Shown piece after piece: positions 55,135-64,000 of a stretch of DNA of 64,000 bases. A program made the position numbers and the translations under genes. Source of the DNA: Solirubrobacteraceae bacterium. GTDB lineage: Bacteria > Actinomycetota > Thermoleophilia > Solirubrobacterales > Solirubrobacteraceae. Under the pieces are notes generated by a model. It made no database searches. It saw only the letters and a list, made by a program, of their open reading frames with translations, and was not told the origin of the DNA. The stretch is taken from NCBI GenBank assembly GCA_045805545.1, contig JBJMLD010000112.1, positions 210 to 64,209 of the forward strand, in the 5' to 3' direction. Each line of letters begins with the position of its first letter. The first letter of the stretch is position 1.

Positions 55135-56234
55135 GCACCACCGCCGGAAGAGCGCCACGAGCACCGGCCACGATGAAGCTGCCGGAGGGAATCCGCGACC
55201 GCCTCCAGGACGTCGTCTCCCAGCTGGCGGCGGCCGGTGGACTGATCGTCGTGGTTGTCGCGCTGGCCTTCGCCTCGCCCTACTTCCTGACCTCGAACAA
55301 CCTGTTCAACATCGGCGTCCAGGTCTCGGTCGTCGCGATCCTCGCCGTCGGCCAGACGCTGGTGATTCTGACCGCCGGCATCGACCTGTCGGTGGGTTCG
55401 GTGGCCGGCCTGGGCGGGATCCTGGGGACGATGGCGATAGCCAAGGCGGGTCTCCCGGTCGTACCGGGGATCTTCATCGCGGTGCTCGCCGGAGCGGCGA
55501 TCGGGCTTGTGAACGGGCTCCTCGTCACGCAGCTGAGGCTGCCGCCGTTCATCGCCACACTGGGCATGCTCGGCGTCGCACGCGGGCTGACGTTCATCGT
55601 CGGCGGCGAGAACGCCGTCTACGGACTGCCGAACAACTTCCGGCTTTTCGGTGAGGGCCAGATCGGCCCGTTCCCGATGCCGCTGCTCTACCTGGCGGTG
55701 ATCGCGGCGATCGGCTACGTCGTGCTCAGCCGAACCAAGCTCGGCCGCTACGCGTACGCGATCGGCTCCAACAAGGAGGCGGCGCGACTTTCCGGGATCC
55801 CGCTCAACCGCTACCTGATCGCCGTGTACATCATCTCGGCCTCACTGGCAGCGTTCGGCGGGATGATCGCGGCCTCACTCGTCCACTCCGGCCAGCCGAA
55901 CTACGGCGTCGGGCTCGAGCTGAACGTGATCGCGGCGTGCGTGATCGGAGGCGCCAGCCTGTTCGGCGGCGTCGGCACGATCGGCGGCACGCTGATCGGT
56001 GCGTTCCTGATGGCCGTGATCACCAACGGCTGCGTGCTGCTCAACATCACGCAGTACTACCAGCAGGTGATCATCGGCGGGATCATCTGGCTCGCTGTGT
56101 GGTGGGACCAGGTCCGGCGCCGCCGGCTGTCTGCGGCATCCGAGCAGGCGTCGCGGCGGACTGCGGAGCCGGCCGAGGATAGTGACGCCGGCCAGGGCTC
56201 CGGCGGTGAGCGCGAGGCAGCCCATGCGACGTAG
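55131..56234 (+). CDS. sugar ABC transporter permease (RbsC-like)
   Basis: GIDLSVGS, PPFIATLG, GRYAYAIGSN.EAARLSGI, ELNVIAACVIGG. Confidence 0.95.
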   Translation: MSTTAGRAPRAPATMKLPEGIRDRLQDVVSQLAAAGGLIVVVVALAFASPYFLTSNNLFNIGVQVSVVAILAVGQTLVILTAGIDLSVGSVAGLGGILGTMAIAKAGLPVVPGIFIAVLAGAAIGLVNGLLVTQLRLPPFIATLGMLGVARGLTFIVGGENAVYGLPNNFRLFGEGQIGPFPMPLLYLAVIAAIGYVVLSRTKLGRYAYAIGSNKEAARLSGIPLNRYLIAVYIISASLAAFGGMIAASLVHSGQPNYGVGLELNVIAACVIGGASLFGGVGTIGGTLIGAFLMAVITNGCVLLNITQYYQQVIIGGIIWLAVWWDQVRRRRLSAASEQASRRTAEPAEDSDAGQGSGGEREAAHAT

Positions 56235-57243
56235 AGCGCTCTCGACGCTTATTGCCTTGACGGCGGCCGTCGCGGTCGCCGGCTGCGGCGTGGTCAAGGA
56301 CCACAAGGCGAAGATCTCGCTGCAGTCGACGTCGCCGATCCACCTGGCCGTGATCCCCAAATCGGTCGGGCTCGACTACTGGTCAAAGGTCCACGCCGGC
56401 GCGAGTTGCGCCGCGTCACAGATGCGCGCGGTCAAAGTGACCTGGAACGGCGTGACCGACGAGACCGACGTCGTCGGCCAGCTCAACCTGCTCAACAACT
56501 ACATCGCGCAGGGTGTCAATGGGCTCGTCTACTCCGCCACCGACGCCACCGCGATGACCGAGATCTCGAACGGCGCCACCAAGGCCGGGATCAAGACAGT
56601 CTCGATCGACTCTGGCACGACGCCGCAGCCGCCAAACGTGCCGCTGATCGAGACGAACAACATCGCCGCGGCGAAGATGGCCGCCGACCAGCTGGCCAAG
56701 GCGATCGGTCCGGCCGGCGGCAAGGTCGCGATCATCGCCTTCCACGCCGGCACCCAGACCAATGACCAGCGCGTCCAAGGGTTCAAGGCCGAGCTGAAGC
56801 GCTACTCGAAGCTGCACCTGGTCGGCATCCAGTACAGCCAGAACGACTACAACACCGCGCTGACCGTGACGGCCAACATCCTCACCGCGAACCCCGATCT
56901 CAAAGGGCTCTTCGCGGCCAACGAGGCGAGCGACGTCGGCGCGGTCGAGGCGATCCGGATCGCCCACAAGGCCGGCAAGGTCAAGGTCGTCGGCTGGGAC
57001 ACCTCGCCCGACGAGGTCGACGGCGTCCGCCAGGGCCTCGTCGCCGGGCTCGTGTCGCAGGACCCGTTCCGGATGGGCTACGACGGCGTACGGGCGGCAG
57101 TGGCCATGCTCCGCCACCAGTCCAAGCCGAAGAACGAGGACACGGGCGCGGTGATGGTGACGAAGCGGAGCCTCAGCACGCCGACGGTCAAGCAGTTCGT
57201 GACGCCGCGCTGCGGCTCGCCGCGGCAGGTCGACGTGGGATAG
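56224..57243 (+). CDS. sugar ABC transporter substrate-binding lipoprotein
   Basis: Lipobox VAGC, periplasmic-binding-protein motifs (ANE, VGWD, QDPFRMGY). Confidence 0.92.
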   Translation: MRRRALSTLIALTAAVAVAGCGVVKDHKAKISLQSTSPIHLAVIPKSVGLDYWSKVHAGASCAASQMRAVKVTWNGVTDETDVVGQLNLLNNYIAQGVNGLVYSATDATAMTEISNGATKAGIKTVSIDSGTTPQPPNVPLIETNNIAAAKMAADQLAKAIGPAGGKVAIIAFHAGTQTNDQRVQGFKAELKRYSKLHLVGIQYSQNDYNTALTVTANILTANPDLKGLFAANEASDVGAVEAIRIAHKAGKVKVVGWDTSPDEVDGVRQGLVAGLVSQDPFRMGYDGVRAAVAMLRHQSKPKNEDTGAVMVTKRSLSTPTVKQFVTPRCGSPRQVDVG

Positions 57244-57249
57244 CGCCGT

Positions 57250-57534
57250 CTAGGCGCCGCGGGGCGGCGGGTGGCCGCCCGCCGGTTGCCGGCGGCGGCG
57301 AGGCGCCCGATGCGGCGTGCGCCGCGGCGAGGGCGGCGCGACGGTGTGGCGACGGCCGTGCCTGCCGCGTGGCGCGCTGCCGGTGCTCGGCGAGTTCGGA
57401 GATGGTGGCGATGAGTCGGGTCCGCCGCCGCCACCGCCACCGTCGCTGCCCGGATCGTCACGGCGCTTGAAAAACACGGGCGCCAAGACGATGCCGATGA
57501 CGATGAGGAGCGCGAACAGCCCGGGAAGGTTCAC
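57250..57534 (-). CDS. small membrane protein with Gly/Pro/Arg-rich tail
   Basis: TM LFALLIVIGIVLAPVFF followed by DDPGSDGGGGGGG. Confidence 0.5.
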   Translation of the reverse strand: MNLPGLFALLIVIGIVLAPVFFKRRDDPGSDGGGGGGGPDSSPPSPNSPSTGSAPRGRHGRRHTVAPPSPRRTPHRAPRRRRQPAGGHPPPRGA

Positions 57535-57570
57535 ACCACCGATATCCGAGCTTCCGGGCACCCGCCTAGC

Positions 57571-58968
57571 CTAGCTTGCCTGCACTCCTACGCGGGGCGG
57601 GGTGGCCGCGGCATCGCTCAGCACCTCGGCCAATCGCGCCGTGACGGCCGGCCAGGCGAAGTGCTCGCACACCGCGCGGCGCGCGGCCCGTCCCCGCTGC
57701 ACCCGCGCGGCCGGATCGTCGATCGCTTGGCCGAGCGCGGTTGCCAGCGCGCGAGGGTCGTTGGCCGCGACGAGCCAGCCGGTCTCGCCGTCCTCGACGA
57801 TTGATGCCGGACCCAGCGACCGCGTCGCGATCGCCGGGAGGCCGCAGGCCATCCCCTCGACCAGGACCTGGCCGAACTGCTCGCGCTCGGACGCGAGCAC
57901 GACGGCGTCCGAGGCGGCGAAGAACTCGGGCAGCTCCGGCTGCGTGTACCAGCCCGCCAGGAACACGCGCTCGACGCCGAGCCGCGGGGCGATCTGAGCC
58001 GGGTGCTCACCTTCCCACTCGCCGGGATGCCCGCCGACCAGCACGAGCGAAGCCGGGCAGTCGCCGTCGCGCTGCGCACATCCGAACGCCTCGATCAGAA
58101 GGTCGAGGCGCTTGACCGCGGTGAACCGCCCGACATAGGTGAGCACCGGCTCGCGCGCGAGCCGCGCCACGTCGTCGGCTTCGTAGCGCACGCTTCCGGG
58201 ACCGCAATCCGGCAGCCAGCCACGAGGGTGTTCGACCAGGACGCGGCGCCAAAACGCGGAGCGGTTTAGTTCGCGGGGCGCGAACAGGCCGGTGTCGACG
58301 CCGCCGGGCAGGGCGTGGATTCGCTCGGGCGGGACGTCGAGCAGGTTGATCGCGCGATCGACCCCGCCGGGCGCGGCCACGAGTTGTGCGCACCGGCGAG
58401 CCCACTGCTGAAGCCGTTCGGCCCAGCGCTCGGCGTAGCGCCAGCCGGCCGGCGGGCCGGCGGCGATCTGCTCGAGCATCAATAGCTCGGTGCCATGCAG
58501 GTGCCCGACGATCGGCACTCGCGGGGCGACGCGCCGGGCTGCCTCGTTGAGCGGCGTCAGGTGATGCAGGTGCAGCACGTCTGCCGTGGCGGCCCCGGCG
58601 CGCTCGAGCTCTCGGGCCCAGGCGCGGACCTGCCGCTCATAGTCGAGATCATCGAGGCTGGCGAACACCGCGTCCGGCGCTCCCGGGCGTTCCTCGAACG
58701 ACGGGTGGATCGGCGCCGTGCCGGTTGGGCCTTCGTACTTGAGCGGTGCGTCGGTGGCCAGGGCGGGTGAGAAATCGACGGCGTGGACGTCGTCGCCGTA
58801 GAACGCGCGGGCGTCGCCGTCTGGTTCGGCCTCGCCGCGTGAGCCGGCGAGCAGTGTCACCGACCAGCCGAGCTCACGCAGCCCGCGGACGTGGGCGCGC
58901 GCCGCGTGCGCGGATCCTCCGCGCGGCGAGAACAGGATCGCTGAGACGACGTCGAGCGCCATGGTCAC
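57571..58968 (-). CDS. GT4 family glycosyltransferase
   Basis: PRGGSA, HLHGTEL, VGRFTAVKR, EQFGQVLVEGMACGLP (EX7E). Confidence 0.9.
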   Translation of the reverse strand: MTMALDVVSAILFSPRGGSAHAARAHVRGLRELGWSVTLLAGSRGEAEPDGDARAFYGDDVHAVDFSPALATDAPLKYEGPTGTAPIHPSFEERPGAPDAVFASLDDLDYERQVRAWARELERAGAATADVLHLHHLTPLNEAARRVAPRVPIVGHLHGTELLMLEQIAAGPPAGWRYAERWAERLQQWARRCAQLVAAPGGVDRAINLLDVPPERIHALPGGVDTGLFAPRELNRSAFWRRVLVEHPRGWLPDCGPGSVRYEADDVARLAREPVLTYVGRFTAVKRLDLLIEAFGCAQRDGDCPASLVLVGGHPGEWEGEHPAQIAPRLGVERVFLAGWYTQPELPEFFAASDAVVLASEREQFGQVLVEGMACGLPAIATRSLGPASIVEDGETGWLVAANDPRALATALGQAIDDPAARVQRGRAARRAVCEHFAWPAVTARLAEVLSDAAATPPRVGVQAS

Positions 58969-59023
58969 ACCATAGTTACAACCTGCCCGCGCGCGATGGT
59001 GCGCACACCACGCCGGGGTTTGT

Positions 59024-59821
59024 CTATGTGGCGCTGAAGACGACCGCCGTGGCCACGGTGCGACCGTCGAGCAGGTCGACGCCGTGTTGCTCGCGGGGGC
59101 GGTTGCGCAGCCGGCGGTCGTAGACCAGCGAGGCCGAACCCCCGCCGTCCAGGTTCAGCGCGTCGGTGGCGCCAAGCTCGACCAGCGCATCCGCCAGTTC
59201 GTCGAGCGTCATGCCGGCGTCGCGGCGGGTCCGCCCGTCGCAGGCCACGGCGAGCAGGCGCTCGGGCGTCAATGCGATAGCGGCCCGCGGGTAGCGGCCA
59301 TCGCTGATGTCGGAGTCGAACTGATGCGCGCCGGCCGACAGGCCCTCCGGGTCCAGCCCAGCGCAAACCGCCCGGTCGCTGTCGCGCACAAGCACGGGGC
59401 CGGCCTGGAGCATGTCGCCCGCCGGGTCGCGCGCAAGCTCGTGGCGCGCGGCAATCCGGACCTCGCCGTCGGCGATGTGCAGACAGCCGCGGACCGCGCC
59501 CCACGGCTCGGCGAATGGAACCGAGGCCGCGGCCGCCCCATCGATCCGCAATTCCCCGAGCGGTTCGTAGTTCGGGCGCATGTAGAACCCGCCAACGACG
59601 GCGTGATCGGTGCCGTGCGCCTGGCACCAGCGCACGAGCGGCATCGGCCGCTCGAGCTGGACCACGCGCGGGGTATACGCGGCGCGGTCATAGCTCGCCA
59701 CGTGCAACATGGTGCTGGCACCGCCTGGCAGCCGCACGCGGAACTGCTCCAGACGCGCCTGGCGCCTGGGCAGAATCGCGTTTGACAGCAGGCGACGCAC
59801 GGTGAGTGGGGAAGGGCTCAT
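59024..59821 (-). CDS. phosphodiester glycosidase family (NAGPA/DUF2233-like) protein
   Basis: GGFY, AGPVLV, PRAAIAL, DGR, ALNLDGGGS. Confidence 0.88.
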   Translation of the reverse strand: MSPSPLTVRRLLSNAILPRRQARLEQFRVRLPGGASTMLHVASYDRAAYTPRVVQLERPMPLVRWCQAHGTDHAVVGGFYMRPNYEPLGELRIDGAAAASVPFAEPWGAVRGCLHIADGEVRIAARHELARDPAGDMLQAGPVLVRDSDRAVCAGLDPEGLSAGAHQFDSDISDGRYPRAAIALTPERLLAVACDGRTRRDAGMTLDELADALVELGATDALNLDGGGSASLVYDRRLRNRPREQHGVDLLDGRTVATAVVFSAT

Positions 59822-59905
59822 CGGAGTTATGCGTCGGCCCGTGGGAACGGCCCGGTCGTACCGAAGTACACCGGACCGTCCGGTCGGTTGCGGCTCAGCC
59901 GCGGG

Positions 59906-61285
59906 TCAGTGGATGTGACCGATCGGCGGCTTGCTGGCGTCGAGGCTGGCCGGCGGCGACTGGCCCGCCGTCACGCACGTATTCAACAACTGCGGTCCCG
60001 ATCGTTGCAGCGACCCGCCGAACGCCACCTGGGCCAGCGAGGTAGACGTCGCGTCGCCGAGGAGGCCGGACAGGTCAGTGAGTGCCGGTCCGCATGGCGT
60101 GATCGTGTTGAGGAAGACGACCACGGTGCCGTGCACCCGCGGGAGGTACCACATCTCAGACAGGTAGCCCGGTACCTCGCCGTTGTGACCGAGCATGCCA
60201 CCGGAATTCGCGATGCCGAGGCCGTACTGGACAGGCAGGGCTGTCGGCTGGCCGAAATTCTGCAGACCCGTGAAGCCAACGCCGGTCTGAACCAGCTTCA
60301 GCCTGAGCCGTTGCATTCGACGGGTCAGCAGCTCTCCGGTGCCCAGCGCCTTCGCCCAGATCTGCAGATCGTGCAGCGTCGAGACGACGTTGCCGGCGCC
60401 GAAGTACGACGACGGGCTCGGCTGGACCTGCGGGACGTACGCGAGCTTGCCGGTCGTCGGGTTGACGATGAGCTGGTAGCCGGTGGCGATACGCGATCCG
60501 CCGGTGCTGTGCGTCGGGAATGATGTGTTACGCAGGTGCAGCGGGTCGAGGACGAGCCGCCCCAGCAGCTGTGCGAACGGCTGATGCGTCACGCGCTGCG
60601 CGATGAGCGCCAGCATGATGTAGTTGGTGTCCGAGTAGTACCAGACGCCCGGCGGGAAGGCCGGTCCGTGGGTGATGTTCTGGCTGTCCTGTATGGCCAG
60701 GTTGATGAGCTGCTGGGGGCGCCAGTAGCGGCCGCACACCGTCGGATCCTGATTGGGGTAGCTGCAGCTGGCGCGCTCCTGCTGGATGAGTGACGACACT
60801 TGCCCGTCCGGACCGTAGCCCCCCTCGTCCCAGATCCCGCTCGTCATGTCGAGCAGCCGACGGATCGTGATCCGCTTGGCGTTCGGCACCTTCGGCTCCC
60901 AGATCGAAATCGGGTCGTTCAGGTGCAGCCGGCCTTTCTCGACGAGCCTGAGGATCACGGTGGCGGTGAACGTCTTCGAGATGCTGCCGATGCGAAAGCG
61001 TGTATTCAGGCTCATCTTCTTCTTGCGTTGCACGTCGGCGAACCCGTGTGCGCGCTCGAAGCGCCAGACCTGTCCGCCAGTCACCCCGACGACATACCCC
61101 GGAACGTTGAACGCGTCGATCGCCTTGAGCACCGCTTTGAGGTTCTGAATCGTCTTCTCGTGGCGGCTCGCCGCCGCCGCGTTGGCCGGCATCGCGGCCG
61201 CCGCGATGAGGGCCGTCACCGCGAGTAAGCGACGCCACCCTCCACGCCGCCGCCTAGCGTTCACGCAAACATTCCCCTGACCCAT
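59906..61285 (-). CDS. secreted serine hydrolase (beta-lactamase/D-Ala-D-Ala peptidase family)
   Basis: FRIGSISKTF (SxxK), LLDMTSG, YSDTNY, GHNGEVPGY; Arg-rich signal peptide. Confidence 0.88.
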   Translation of the reverse strand: MGQGNVCVNARRRRGGWRRLLAVTALIAAAAMPANAAAASRHEKTIQNLKAVLKAIDAFNVPGYVVGVTGGQVWRFERAHGFADVQRKKKMSLNTRFRIGSISKTFTATVILRLVEKGRLHLNDPISIWEPKVPNAKRITIRRLLDMTSGIWDEGGYGPDGQVSSLIQQERASCSYPNQDPTVCGRYWRPQQLINLAIQDSQNITHGPAFPPGVWYYSDTNYIMLALIAQRVTHQPFAQLLGRLVLDPLHLRNTSFPTHSTGGSRIATGYQLIVNPTTGKLAYVPQVQPSPSSYFGAGNVVSTLHDLQIWAKALGTGELLTRRMQRLRLKLVQTGVGFTGLQNFGQPTALPVQYGLGIANSGGMLGHNGEVPGYLSEMWYLPRVHGTVVVFLNTITPCGPALTDLSGLLGDATSTSLAQVAFGGSLQRSGPQLLNTCVTAGQSPPASLDASKPPIGHIH

Positions 61286-61386
61286 CGCCGCCTCCGTCTC
61301 GAGTGACCGCGACGCGTGCCAAGCGCCGTACTTTCGGCCGGCCTCCGGCGGAAACTGTATGCGATGGGTCAAGGGCCTGCGTAGCT

Positions 61387-61749
61387 TCAGTGCGCCTTCG
61401 CGTAGCTGCTGGCGCCGTACCAGTCGACGACGACAACGGGTTCATCGCCGAGGACCCAGGCGTCGTGCCCGCTGGGCAGCGAGGTGATGTCCCCAGGCTC
61501 GGCGACGAGCTCGGTACCGTCGTCCATCCGGATCGCCAGCCGCCCACTCACGTGGTACTGGAAATGGGGCGCCTCGCAACTATCGGTGCCGGCGATCGGC
61601 TTGACGTCGTTGGCCCAGCGCCAGCCGGGCTCGAACGTCATCCGGCCAACCTGCGCGTCGCCGATCGAGAGGATCTCGGCGCGGCCGTGCGGGAAGTCAC
61701 GCTTCTCGTCCGGCTCGCCGAAGCTCTTGTGTTCGGTCTCGTGTCGCAT
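61387..61749 (-). CDS. cupin domain protein
   Basis: EPGWRW, SCEAPH, PSGHDAWV; AGGAGGAG SD. Confidence 0.9.
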   Translation of the reverse strand: MRHETEHKSFGEPDEKRDFPHGRAEILSIGDAQVGRMTFEPGWRWANDVKPIAGTDSCEAPHFQYHVSGRLAIRMDDGTELVAEPGDITSLPSGHDAWVLGDEPVVVVDWYGASSYAKAH

Positions 61750-61769
61750 GTCGTCTCCTCCTGTCGTGA

Positions 61770-62132
61770 TCAGTTCTCGTCCCAGGCCTGCAGGACGGTC
61801 TGCTCGTCGATCTGGCCGTCGGCGAGCTTGATCACCGTGGCGCACAGGACGTGCGTGCCGTCGGGATACAGGCATGCCTGCGTGTAGGCAGCGCCGGTCT
61901 CGTCGTTGACCCGATGCCCGACCGTGTGGGTCATGTCGCGCCCGTACGTGTCCTCCAGGAACGCCTTGATCTCCTCGCGCGTGTCCAGCACGCGCGGCGC
62001 GCCCGGCTGGCTGTTCTTGTCGACGACGGTCAACGTGGCATCGGGGCCGTACATCGACAGCTGCGTCGAGGCGTCGCGTTCCTCCGCTGCCCGCGCAAAG
62101 CGCTCGAGGTCGAATGTGGTGACGGTGCTCAT
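61770..62132 (-). CDS. SnoaL/NTF2-like protein
   Basis: ~120-aa NTF2 pattern, CLYPDGTHVLC..QAWDE; AAGGAGG SD. Confidence 0.85.
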   Translation of the reverse strand: MSTVTTFDLERFARAAEERDASTQLSMYGPDATLTVVDKNSQPGAPRVLDTREEIKAFLEDTYGRDMTHTVGHRVNDETGAAYTQACLYPDGTHVLCATVIKLADGQIDEQTVLQAWDEN

Positions 62133-62184
62133 GGCGTCCTCCTTAGGGTCGTTTGGTGCCATGCGACGGAAGGTTCTTCGCCGT

Positions 62185-62214
62185 GCGTCTTGACGGCGTC
62201 AAACCCGCGTCAAA
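62185..62214. promoter_or_regulatory. three GCGTC(AAA) direct repeats with 11-bp period (SARP-type binding site)
   Basis: gcgtc at 62185, 62196 and 62207, between the SnoaL gene and the divergent SARP gene. Confidence 0.6.
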
Positions 62215-62238
62215 GGGCCACGGCGGTACCCTTGACGT

Positions 62239-64000
62239 GTGCTGCAGGCTCGCCTGCTTGGGGTGCTAGAACTGACGCTGGACCGGACGGTGATCGACTC
62301 GCCGGCCTCGCAGCGGCCGTGGGCGGTGTTCGCGTACCTGGCGCTGGCCGATGGTCCGGTGTCCCGGGCCGATCTGGCTTCGCGGTTCTGGCCCGACGTG
62401 CTCGACCGAAGCGCCCGGGCCAGCCTGCGCAGCGCGCTATGGGCACTGCGACGTCAGCTCGGTGAGTGCGTCGTGGTCGAGGGCGAGCGCGTCGGCCTGG
62501 ACCTCGACCATGCTTGGGTCGACACGAGGGAGTTTGAGCGCCTGGCGAGCGTCGACCCATCGGGCGCGCTGGCCTTGTGCCGTGGCGAGCTGCTCGAGGG
62601 TCTCGAGGACGACTGGGCCGTGTCGGCCCGCGCGCGGCATCGAGAGCGGGTGATCGGGCTGCTCGAAGCGCTGGCGGCCGAGGCGGAGGAACGCGGCGAG
62701 GTGGCGGAGGCCGTAGCGCTCACGCGGCGCCAAGTCGAGCGCGACCCTTTCGACGAGGCGTCGCATCGCAGGCTCATGGCCCGGCTCGACGCGGCGGGCG
62801 ACCGGGCCGGGGCGATCCGGGCCTACCGAGGGCTGGCCGAGCGGCTGCGAAGCGAGCTCGGGGTGGCGCCGGCGGCGGCTACTCGCGAGGCGGCGGACGC
62901 GCTGCGGGCGCCGGCATCGGCTGGCCCGCCGCGTGCCGTGGACGCCGGGCTTACGTCGCCCGCCGGTCCGCTGCCACTCGTCGGCCGACACGACGAGATG
63001 GGACAGCTTGACCGTGTGTGGAGCGCGGTCGCTAGTGGAACCGGGGCGGCCGCCGTCTTGCGCGGCGAGGCCGGGATCGGCAAGACCAGGCTGACGGCAG
63101 AGGTTCGCGCGCGCGCGCGAGGATCGGGCGCCCGTATCGCCACCTGCGCCGCGCTTGACCTCGGCGGGACGGCGCCGTTCAGCCTGTGGGCCGAGCTCAT
63201 CCGCGAGCTTTTGCCCCAGCTACCCGCGCCACCGGTCGAGTCGGGCTGGCCGGGCGATTTGGCGCTGCTCGCGGCCGAGCTGCCCCCGCATTTCGAGCGT
63301 GGGCTCACGCCGAGCACGTCGATTGCGCCCGACCTCCAGCGCACGCGTCTGTTCGAGGCCGTCGTGGCGCTTCTGGCCTGGGCGGCACGCGATGCGCCAC
63401 TGCTGCTCGTGCTCGAGGACGTGCACGCCGCGGACGCGCCCAGCTTGGAGCTGGCGGCCTACGCCGCGCGGCGCATCGGTGGGCTGCCGCTGATGCTGCT
63501 GATCACGCGCCGGGCGCTGCCGGTACGCGCGGACGCAGACAGCCTGGAGCAGGCGCTGCGGGCCCGGGGTGCGCTCGCGCTGGATCTCGACCTTGCGCCC
63601 CTGCCGGCGGAGTCGGTGGCAGCGCTGGCCCTTACGGCCGCCGAGTTGACTCCCGAGCAGGTCGAGCGCGTCGTCGACCGTGCCGAGGGCAACGCGCTGC
63701 TCGCCGTCGAGACCGCGAAGGTGCTGCGCGACGGCAGCGATGATGTGGCGCCGAGCCTGCGCGGAGCGGTGCGCGCGTCATTGGCGCCCTTGCCCTCGGG
63801 CGTCCGCGAGTTCGTGGATCTGGCCGCGGTGGCGGCGCGCCCGGTGTCCTCGCTCGAGGTCCGGGCGCTGGCCACGGCGGAGGACCCCGAGCGCGCGGCG
63901 GCCGCCGCGGTCGAGTCCGGCGTCCTCGGCTCGGCCCAGGGAGGTATCGGCTTCCGCCACGCCCTGCTGCGCGATGCCGTCTACGAGGAAGTTCCCGAAC
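62239..64000 (+). CDS. SARP/AfsR-like regulator (wHTH-BTAD-AAA), runs off window end
   Basis: Manual translation VLQARLLGVLEL..SARASLRSALWALRR..WVDTREF..DPFDEASHRRLM..GEAGIGKTRL..LEDVHAAD..GNAL..FRHALLRDAVY. Absent from the ORF track (no stop in window). Confidence 0.9.
   Translation, partial: MLQARLLGVLELTLDRTVIDSPASQRPWAVFAYLALADGPVSRADLASRFWPDVLDRSARASLRSALWALRRQLGECVVVEGERVGLDLDHAWVDTREFERLASVDPSGALALCRGELLEGLEDDWAVSARARHRERVIGLLEALAAEAEERGEVAEAVALTRRQVERDPFDEASHRRLMARLDAAGDRAGAIRAYRGLAERLRSELGVAPAAATREAADALRAPASAGPPRAVDAGLTSPAGPLPLVGRHDEMGQLDRVWSAVASGTGAAAVLRGEAGIGKTRLTAEVRARARGSGARIATCAALDLGGTAPFSLWAELIRELLPQLPAPPVESGWPGDLALLAAELPPHFERGLTPSTSIAPDLQRTRLFEAVVALLAWAARDAPLLLVLEDVHAADAPSLELAAYAARRIGGLPLMLLITRRALPVRADADSLEQALRARGALALDLDLAPLPAESVAALALTAAELTPEQVERVVDRAEGNALLAVETAKVLRDGSDDVAPSLRGAVRASLAPLPSGVREFVDLAAVAARPVSSLEVRALATAEDPERAAAAAVESGVLGSAQGGIGFRHALLRDAVYEEVPE

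Noticed and set aside
1-64000. Hundreds of overlapping Arg/Ala/Pro-rich ORFs in the track
   Set aside because: Expected off-frame artefacts of very high GC content; no motifs and they overlap better-supported genes.

Overview
Very GC-rich, gene-dense bacterial chromosomal DNA. Gene content and apparent leaderless starts suggest an actinobacterium, possibly Thermoleophilia/Solirubrobacterales-like (inference). I saw no rRNA, tRNA, CRISPR array, transposase or integrase. From left to right: glpD(partial)/glpK; an SDR-LysR pair; a compact candidate RiPP locus on the - strand; secreted proteins preceded by a duplicated ~190-nt leader; a surface/glycan region; a 10-gene glycolipid/sugar-modification operon; a UGSC-type selenoprotein; and housekeeping or catabolic genes (GH3, DadA-like oxidase, MFS, USP, GH15 glucodextranase, LigB, sugar ABC transporter, GT4, serine hydrolase, cupin, SnoaL, SARP). 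The best candidate for an undescribed system is the RiPP locus at 3652-7556. It has an un-annotated 58-aa precursor ending in ...FVCKGCHGG, a hairpin, an MFS exporter fused to a graspetide-synthetase-like ATP-grasp ligase, and a SagB/ThcOx-like flavin oxidase, with no YcaO or protease in the window. The surface/glycan region encodes an 11-mer-repeat Ala/Val/Thr protein ending LERPG, a PG-binding-TM-Sel1 protein, LysR, SARP, a GT2::GT-C fusion and a GH5. The operon encodes a GT2 with a degenerate GGDEF tail, a radical SAM enzyme, four extended SDRs, a hydrolase::HNH fusion, a flippase-like protein and Ppm1. The selenoprotein is split in the ORF track by an in-frame UGA that is followed by an fdhF-like SECIS hairpin. 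All family calls come from motifs read by eye; no database searches were run.
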